Notes under the pieces: model-generated
The model's database searches: none
What the model was told of the DNA's origin: nothing
The model's input: only the letters and a program-made list of their open reading frames with translations
Translations under genes and position numbers: made by a program
NCBI GenBank assembly: GCA_964496425.1
Contig: CAZBZO010000001.1
Location: 7,265 to 71,264, forward strand
Source of the DNA: an uncultured Candidatus Saccharibacteria bacterium
GTDB taxonomy: Bacteria; Patescibacteriota; Minisyncoccia; Phycocordibacterales; UBA9973
Length of the DNA: 64,000 nt
Direction: 5' to 3'
Shown: piece by piece, positions 58,135-64,000 of the stretch
Layout of the letters: the number at the start of each line of letters is the position of its first letter
Numbering within the stretch: the stretch's first letter is position 1

Positions 58135-58222
58135 TGGCGGAGGCGGTGAGATTCGAACTCACGGACCGATTAAGGTCGACAGTTTAGTAAACTGTTGATT
58201 TAAACCACTCATCCACGCCTCC
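58135..58222 (-). tRNA. tRNA-Ser with ACT anticodon, CCA encoded
   Basis: GGAGGCG/CGCCTCC acceptor, G73, ACAGT-TTACTAA-ACTGT anticodon arm, long variable arm, TTCGAAT T-loop. Confidence 0.88.
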
Positions 58223-58322
58223 AGTCTCGGCAGTCTAACATATAGTATATAAATTTGTAATTACAATCTCAATTTCAAATCTAGCCATAATATGCTAGAT
58301 TGAATCCACGATCGTGAAATTT

Positions 58323-58407
58323 GGAGACGTGTCAGAGTGGTCGAATGTGCCTCCTTGCTAAGGAGGTAGGGCGCAAGCCCTCGAGGGTTCGAATCCCTCC
58401 GTCTCCG
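58323..58407 (+). tRNA. tRNA-Ser(GCT)
   Basis: GGAGACG acceptor, CCTCC-TTGCTAA-GGAGG anticodon arm, long variable arm. Confidence 0.95.
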
Positions 58408-58514
58408 CATATTCTTAATATTTACACGCGATACATTTTATCTATCTATAGCTGAGGAATAGTACTTTAAAAAACGACTGCCCTATACGATAGGGCAGTC
58501 TTACTAAATACATT

Positions 58515-59003
58515 TTAGGCATATACACCAGTCGCTAACAAACAATCGTTTATAACCCCAGAAACTGATCTGAATTTGACACCCCATTCATTCCAAACCC
58601 AGGTCATTACCTCCTGGTGGGTGATTCCCAAGTTAGCGACATCCAATTTTTGATCTGGAATAAAAATTAAATCACTCCCCTCCACATAATCACGAAAGTC
58701 AGTTACGACTAGTATTTTCCTGTGTTTTTTACAAACAGAATAATAACGCATTTCAATATACTTCTTCCAGGCTTCAATATCAAAATCAAATATATCCATA
58801 TTTAATAAATCTGATTGATAATCAAGAAAAGTAGTACGTGTAGCGTCGATGACATAGGTTGTACCATTACTATTTATCAATCGCCTTATTTTTTCTGGGA
58901 AATAGACAATTTCAAGCTTCAACTTACCTCCGTATAATTTCCTATTTTGAAAATTGGAAAGTAAAAAAGTCACTCCAAGTTGCGGTTTTGGATCGTTTTT
59001 CAT
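58515..59003 (-). CDS. Hypothetical protein, AT-rich
   Basis: ORF with uncertain start; convergent hairpin at 58476-58500. Confidence 0.5.
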   Translation of the reverse strand: MKNDPKPQLGVTFLLSNFQNRKLYGGKLKLEIVYFPEKIRRLINSNGTTYVIDATRTTFLDYQSDLLNMDIFDFDIEAWKKYIEMRYYSVCKKHRKILVVTDFRDYVEGSDLIFIPDQKLDVANLGITHQEVMTWVWNEWGVKFRSVSGVINDCLLATGVYA

Positions 59004-59091
59004 AGGACATGAGTTTAGTTTCAAAGTAGTTTCTACCTCTTTATTAAAAAAGTCAATGCGGAGAACCCCTGGTGTTGCTATACTATGAGGC

Positions 59092-59649
59092 ATGAATCAT
59101 CCTCAGGCTGGTGTCGTCCACGGCCGCTTTCAGCTTCTGCACTTAGGCCATCTAAAATATATCCTAGCGGCCAAAGCGCGCTGTGACTTTCTCTATATTG
59201 GTATTACCAGCCCCAAGGGACCGTTTACAGAGGAACAGGCCGCGCGCTGGGGCGCGCGGCCAAAGGACAATCCATTCACCTACGACGAACGAAAAGACAT
59301 GATCGAAGCTGCGCTTACTGAAGCAGGGGTAGCCGAAAATGAGTACGCTATTATTCCCTTCCCAAGCGACTACCAAGATATACCAGAGTACCTAACCGGT
59401 GCCACTTTTTTTCTCACTATCTACGACGACCTTGGGCACGAAAAACAAACTACGCTTCAAAGTCGAGGCTTCAACGTCGACGTATTGATGACACTCACGA
59501 AAGAAGAGCGCGGAGAAAGTGGCGGTACTATCCGTGCCAAATTGCGCAAAGATGATCCTTCGTGGGAACAGGCAGTACCTACTTCCGTTGTCCGCTATAT
59601 AGAAACTCACGGGCTCAGGGCGCGACTAAAAAGTGATAGCCGCAAGTAG
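59092..59649 (+). CDS. Cytidylyltransferase-family nucleotidyltransferase (NMN adenylyltransferase-like)
   Basis: HGRFQLLHLGH, DNPFTYDER and SGGTIR. Confidence 0.85.
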   Translation: MNHPQAGVVHGRFQLLHLGHLKYILAAKARCDFLYIGITSPKGPFTEEQAARWGARPKDNPFTYDERKDMIEAALTEAGVAENEYAIIPFPSDYQDIPEYLTGATFFLTIYDDLGHEKQTTLQSRGFNVDVLMTLTKEERGESGGTIRAKLRKDDPSWEQAVPTSVVRYIETHGLRARLKSDSRK

Positions 59650-59695
59650 TTTCCCCAGCTTTCCAAAATTATTTCTGATATACTTAGTATCATCT

Positions 59696-60460
59696 ATGAC
59701 ACCTGACCAAGAGCTCGCGCACCTCAAAGAAGAAAACTCTCGACTCTACAAACAAAACCAAATAAAAAGTGAGTGGATTTCTATTGCAGCCCACCAGCTT
59801 CGCACTTCGCTTTCAGCTATCAAGTGGATTTTGAAAATGTTTTTAGACAGCGACTTTGGCAAACTGACTGACGAACAAGGAAGCTTCATGCAGAAAGCAT
59901 ATGATTCCAATGAACGCATGCTCGCCTTGGTGCAGGAGATGCTTTCGCTCAATCATACCGAAGATGCGACACTTCATTACGATATCAAACCTAACAATCT
60001 GATACACATCATCGAATCAACCGTCTTTGACTTCACGAGCGAGTCATTTAAGAAAAATATTCAGCTGTTGGTGCTTCCTACCACCAAGACGATCGGGCTT
60101 GTACCATTTGATAAAGAGAAGATCCGCGTTGTGATTCAAAACCTTATTGAAAACGCAATCAAATACAGTAGGCCTGGGGATAAGATCTTTGTGACCGTAA
60201 ACAGTACTGACACGGATGTTGTCGTATCGGTCAAAGATACTGGTATCGGTATCCCGAAAGAGGAGCAGGAGAAAATATTCCAGAAATTTTTCAGAGCAAC
60301 CAATGCAAAATCAAAAGAAGAAATCGGCTCTGGGCTTGGACTCTACACCACCAAGACGATCATCGAACAACATGGCGGCAAACTGTGGTTTGAAAGCACC
60401 GAAGGTGAAGGAACCCAGTTTCACGTCTCACTCCCCTTGCATAGAGAGAAAGGCGTATAG
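59696..60460 (+). CDS. Soluble histidine kinase with no sensor domain
   Basis: AHQLRT, NLIENAIKY, DTGIGI, FFRA and GSGLGL; start ATG 59696. Confidence 0.92.
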   Translation: MTPDQELAHLKEENSRLYKQNQIKSEWISIAAHQLRTSLSAIKWILKMFLDSDFGKLTDEQGSFMQKAYDSNERMLALVQEMLSLNHTEDATLHYDIKPNNLIHIIESTVFDFTSESFKKNIQLLVLPTTKTIGLVPFDKEKIRVVIQNLIENAIKYSRPGDKIFVTVNSTDTDVVVSVKDTGIGIPKEEQEKIFQKFFRATNAKSKEEIGSGLGLYTTKTIIEQHGGKLWFESTEGEGTQFHVSLPLHREKGV

Positions 60461-60472
60461 TATACTACTCAC

Positions 60473-60847
60473 ATGGCTAAAAAAATTCTTATTGTTGAAG
60501 ATGATAGTTTCCTCCAAGGACTTGCTGCAACCAAGCTCAAAAAAGATGGCATGGAAGTATTGATCGCATCTGATTCTGACGAAGCCAACAAAGTTATGGA
60601 AACTGAAACTCCTGATCTTATCATTCTCGACCTCGTGCTTCCTGGTGTTGACGGATTTGGTATCTTGAAAAACGTTCGCGAAAACCCTAAGTTTGCAAAA
60701 ACTCCAGTCATTATTTTCTCCAACCTCTCAGAAGACAAAGACATCAAGCGCGCTCAAGAGCTCGGTGCCAACGAATTCATGATCAAATCCAACTTCACTC
60801 TCGACGAGCTCTCTACGAAAATCAAAGATATCCTCAAGATTTCATAA
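60473..60847 (+). CDS. Single-domain response regulator
   Basis: VEDD, LDLVLP, FSN and IKS; no output domain. Confidence 0.92.
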   Translation: MAKKILIVEDDSFLQGLAATKLKKDGMEVLIASDSDEANKVMETETPDLIILDLVLPGVDGFGILKNVRENPKFAKTPVIIFSNLSEDKDIKRAQELGANEFMIKSNFTLDELSTKIKDILKIS

Positions 60848-60943
60848 ACACACTGAAAAATTCCCTCTTCGTTAAGGGGATTTTTTGTTATACTTCGATA
60901 TGTCGCCTGAGGTATTATTATCTAACCTATATATTAAAATTGT

Positions 60944-61456
60944 ATGGATCAAACAAAAAATAAAAACGGTGTATACATCGTTATCGCTCTTATTATTATC
61001 TTGGTGATCGCCTACGCCGTTGCACACAAGAAAAGCAGCGCACCAGTAGTAAGCGACTCTACCAATACTGGAACCACGGTAGACACGACTGACAACTCTG
61101 ATGCCTCTACGGTAACGCCAGCACAGCCAACGACGGGAGTAGACGGAAGTGTCACAGCCACACTCCCTACCATCACTATCCCAAAGACGTATACAGTGAC
61201 CGTCACTGATAGCGGTTATAGCCCCAGCACACTCACGATCAAAGCTGGTGACACCGTGAGCTTTGTAAACAATTCGACTCACACCGTGTGGACAGCGTCT
61301 GATCCTCATCCACAACACACAGCGCTTCCGAGCTTTGATGCACTGAAAGGTTTTGCTATCGGCACAACCTATAGCTACACCTTCACCAAAGTCGGTACTT
61401 GGAGCTACCATGACCACCAACACTCTTCAATGAAAGGTTCAATAGTGGTGCAATAA
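60944..61456 (+). CDS. Membrane-anchored cupredoxin-fold protein
   Basis: PSTLTIKAGDTVSFVN, SDPHPQHT and GTWSYHDH...MKGSIVV. Confidence 0.82.
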   Translation: MDQTKNKNGVYIVIALIIILVIAYAVAHKKSSAPVVSDSTNTGTTVDTTDNSDASTVTPAQPTTGVDGSVTATLPTITIPKTYTVTVTDSGYSPSTLTIKAGDTVSFVNNSTHTVWTASDPHPQHTALPSFDALKGFAIGTTYSYTFTKVGTWSYHDHQHSSMKGSIVVQ

Positions 61457-61536
61457 TCCTTTCGCTAAAAATTCAGACAAAAAAGAAAGAGGAGCCTTAT
61501 GGGGGTTCCTCTTTGTTTTATCTTTTATTTATGTAT

Positions 61537-62268
61537 TTATGCTTTAGCAATTGACTTCTGGGAAACCAACCATTTTTTCCCTTTATCTGAAAGACGAAAT
61601 GAGATATCTTCAAGCACGTTATGTTTGAATATCAATTGGAAATCTTTGATTTGCTCCTCCATTTTGCCTGTGGCGACCAATTCTCCATTTTCAACCAAAG
61701 CAACAAGAATTGGTTGATAATTATCAATGGAATATGGCAACACCCATTTGGTTTTTTTAGGAAGAGAATTTTTTAATTTAAGATACTTTACCTTACCAGG
61801 TTGCAAGGTAGTAAAAACTGAGGTTGCCTTTAAAATTAAAGTCTTTGCATAATCGCCTAGTGTAAAAATATCCGCAAAATAATCCCGCTGCTCTTCTAAA
61901 TTTTTAAATTCTTTTTGAAGATACGGGCTATTTGCTATAGCTCTTTCTACCTGGCTCCAAAAATGAAAATTCCTTTTTTCTTTTTCAAGTACATAAATGT
62001 GTCGTGGGGCAAAACCAAGCTGCGGTTTCAATAAAGAAAGATCCTGCCTTGACTCAATCTGGCCATGAATGCTTTGATCAGCGATCGTACAGATCTCGAT
62101 ATGAACTTTAGCCATACTTGGATTTTTCACTTCATTGCGAAGCACATCCATTTGCTTTGGAGTAAACATGTTTTCTAACATAGCGAGTTGGGTTTGTTTT
62201 ATGTGAATGAATTTTTTTGTCCCGTCTATCGTATCAGGCCTGGAAAATAATGCAATAGGTATACGCAT
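61537..62268 (-). CDS. Hypothetical protein
   Basis: Long AT-rich ORF with no recognisable motif. Confidence 0.5.
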   Translation of the reverse strand: MRIPIALFSRPDTIDGTKKFIHIKQTQLAMLENMFTPKQMDVLRNEVKNPSMAKVHIEICTIADQSIHGQIESRQDLSLLKPQLGFAPRHIYVLEKEKRNFHFWSQVERAIANSPYLQKEFKNLEEQRDYFADIFTLGDYAKTLILKATSVFTTLQPGKVKYLKLKNSLPKKTKWVLPYSIDNYQPILVALVENGELVATGKMEEQIKDFQLIFKHNVLEDISFRLSDKGKKWLVSQKSIAKA

Positions 62269-62291
62269 GGTTTCTGGGGTAAAATATCCTC

Positions 62292-64000
62292 ATGCAACTC
62301 TCAGATCCCTTAAGCTCTCACTTCCGCCTCGACGAGCGCCAAAAGGCCGGCCTCAAAAAGCTCGGGCTTCTCTCCGTACGCGACCTCCTCTTTTACTTCC
62401 CCACCCGCTACACCGACATGAGCATCATTAAGCGAGTCGCTGATCTTATACCCGGCGAGACTGCCACACTCTACGGCATCATCAACAATCCCAAAACCAA
62501 GAAAACATTCAAAAGCAGAACGCCGATGGCGGAAGCTACATTCTCCGACGAGACGGGATCGCTCAAAGTCATGTGGTTTCATCAAGCCTACATTGCCAAA
62601 ATGCTTCAAGGCGGAGAAAAAGTCATCCTCACCGGTAAAGTCATGGAAGGCAAACAAGGACTTTATTTTTCCAATCCTGAATTTGAAAAAATCGACATGC
62701 TACCGATCGACAGCCATGATTCGCTCTTCAAAAAAGAAAACGCTACATCCGGCATGTTTGGCTATCCGATCTATCCTGAAACCCGCGCTATTACCTCAAA
62801 GTGGATCTACCACGCTATTGATCGGATTTTCAAAAGTGGCGTCCTCGACACTATCGAAGACTATATTCCGGAAATTATTATTAAAAAATATTTCTTGCCG
62901 ACGCTCCGCACGGCGCTCATCTTCATTCACATGCCTCAAAAAGCAAGCGACGCGGAAGCCGCTCGCAAACGATTTGCCTTTGAAGAAGTGTTTTTGATTC
63001 AGCTTGCGAAACAGCAAGATCGTCATCAGTTCAAAGAAAAAAATTCATTCACCATCACTGTCGACAATACCGACATACAAGACTTCGTCGATCGATTTCC
63101 TTTCCACCACACTGGTGCTCAAACAAAAGCTATCACGACAATTCTTGAAGATTTTCAAAAGCCACATCCAATGGCGCGACTTTTAGAAGGCGACGTCGGC
63201 TCGGGAAAAACTGCCGTGGCTGCAACAGTAAGCTATGCCATCATCAAAAACCGTCCGCCGAAGACAAGCAAAGAACAGCATGCTTTCGGCAATCTCCAAG
63301 TCGCCTACATGGCACCGACTGAAATATTAGCCACTCAACTCTTTGAAAACTTTATTACCTACTTCAAACACACTGGCATCAATATCGGCCTTATCACCGG
63401 CTCTGGCTGCCGGAAATTTCCTTCCAAAGTCGCCGCCAGTGCCCTTTCGGGTGGTTGGACGAGCATCTCTCGCCCACAGCTTTTGAAATGGGTAGCGAAT
63501 GGCGAAATACCGATCTTGGTTGGTACGCATGCCTTGATACAAAAAAGCGTGAAGTTTAAAGACCTTGCTCTCGTCATCATCGACGAACAACACCGTTTCG
63601 GCACCATGCAACGCTCCAAGCTTGCTCGCAAAGAAGGCTTCGCTCCACACTTGCTTTCCATGACTGCCACACCAATCCCTCGCACACTCGCACTCACGAT
63701 TTACGGTGATCTTGATCTTACGCTTCTGGATGAAATGCCTGCTGGTCGCAAGGAAGTGATGACTGCAATCGTTCCGGCGGAGAAGCGCGAGGAAGCATAC
63801 GCGGAAATAAAAAAAGAACTAGCTGCTGGCCGGCAGCTTTATATTATTTGTCCAAGAATTAATGAACCCGATCCAACACAAGAGCTTGCCCTTCAAGCCC
63901 GCTCGGTAACAGAGGAAGCAAAACGCTTAAAGAAAGATGTTTTTCAGGAATACGAAATAGATATTCTGCACTCCAAAATGACCAAAGAAAAAAAGGAAGC
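62292..64000 (+). CDS. recG: ATP-dependent DNA helicase RecG, runs off the right edge (not in the ORF track)
   Basis: DLLFYFPTRY, LLEGDVGSGKT, MAPTEILA, DEQHRFG and MTATPIPRTL. Confidence 0.95.
   Translation, partial: MQLSDPLSSHFRLDERQKAGLKKLGLLSVRDLLFYFPTRYTDMSIIKRVADLIPGETATLYGIINNPKTKKTFKSRTPMAEATFSDETGSLKVMWFHQAYIAKMLQGGEKVILTGKVMEGKQGLYFSNPEFEKIDMLPIDSHDSLFKKENATSGMFGYPIYPETRAITSKWIYHAIDRIFKSGVLDTIEDYIPEIIIKKYFLPTLRTALIFIHMPQKASDAEAARKRFAFEEVFLIQLAKQQDRHQFKEKNSFTITVDNTDIQDFVDRFPFHHTGAQTKAITTILEDFQKPHPMARLLEGDVGSGKTAVAATVSYAIIKNRPPKTSKEQHAFGNLQVAYMAPTEILATQLFENFITYFKHTGINIGLITGSGCRKFPSKVAASALSGGWTSISRPQLLKWVANGEIPILVGTHALIQKSVKFKDLALVIIDEQHRFGTMQRSKLARKEGFAPHLLSMTATPIPRTLALTIYGDLDLTLLDEMPAGRKEVMTAIVPAEKREEAYAEIKKELAAGRQLYIICPRINEPDPTQELALQARSVTEEAKRLKKDVFQEYEIDILHSKMTKEKKE

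Noticed and set aside
62310-63697. Short ORFs at the right end
   Set aside because: They are alternative-frame or antisense shadows of recG
1-64000. Alternative genetic code (TGA read as Gly, as in Gracilibacteria)
   Set aside because: Conserved genes read through intact under code 11, apbE ends at TGA overlapping the next ATG, and an SPF-type RF2 is present

Overview
This 64 kb bacterial window looks like a Patescibacteria (CPR, Parcubacteria-like) chromosome segment. That assignment is an inference from the pilQ-less type IV pilus locus, the shortened RF2, the Cys-less cupredoxin and widespread leaderless gene starts. From left to right it holds: an edge-truncated pepN; a DNA alkylation-repair and stress region (AlkD, RarA, GIY-YIG, ATL, Ogt); a ~14 kb run of short accessory genes dotted with palindromic repeats and ending at tRNA-Gln; a two-component-regulated redox module (rubredoxin, two anchored surface proteins, ApbE, an MsrQ-like membrane protein lacking its heme histidines, and an FNR-like oxidoreductase); two candidate ~180-nt ncRNAs; housekeeping genes (pyrG, ftsEX, prfB, gatAC, ligA) with five tRNAs; a type IV pilus and competence locus with three major pilins; a divergent tRNA-Ser pair, one with a rare ACT anticodon; and an edge-truncated recG. 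The best candidate for an undescribed system is the flavinylation and electron-transfer module at 24.5-29.6 kb, whose two arms share a promoter motif. All calls come from reading motifs by eye; no database searches were run.
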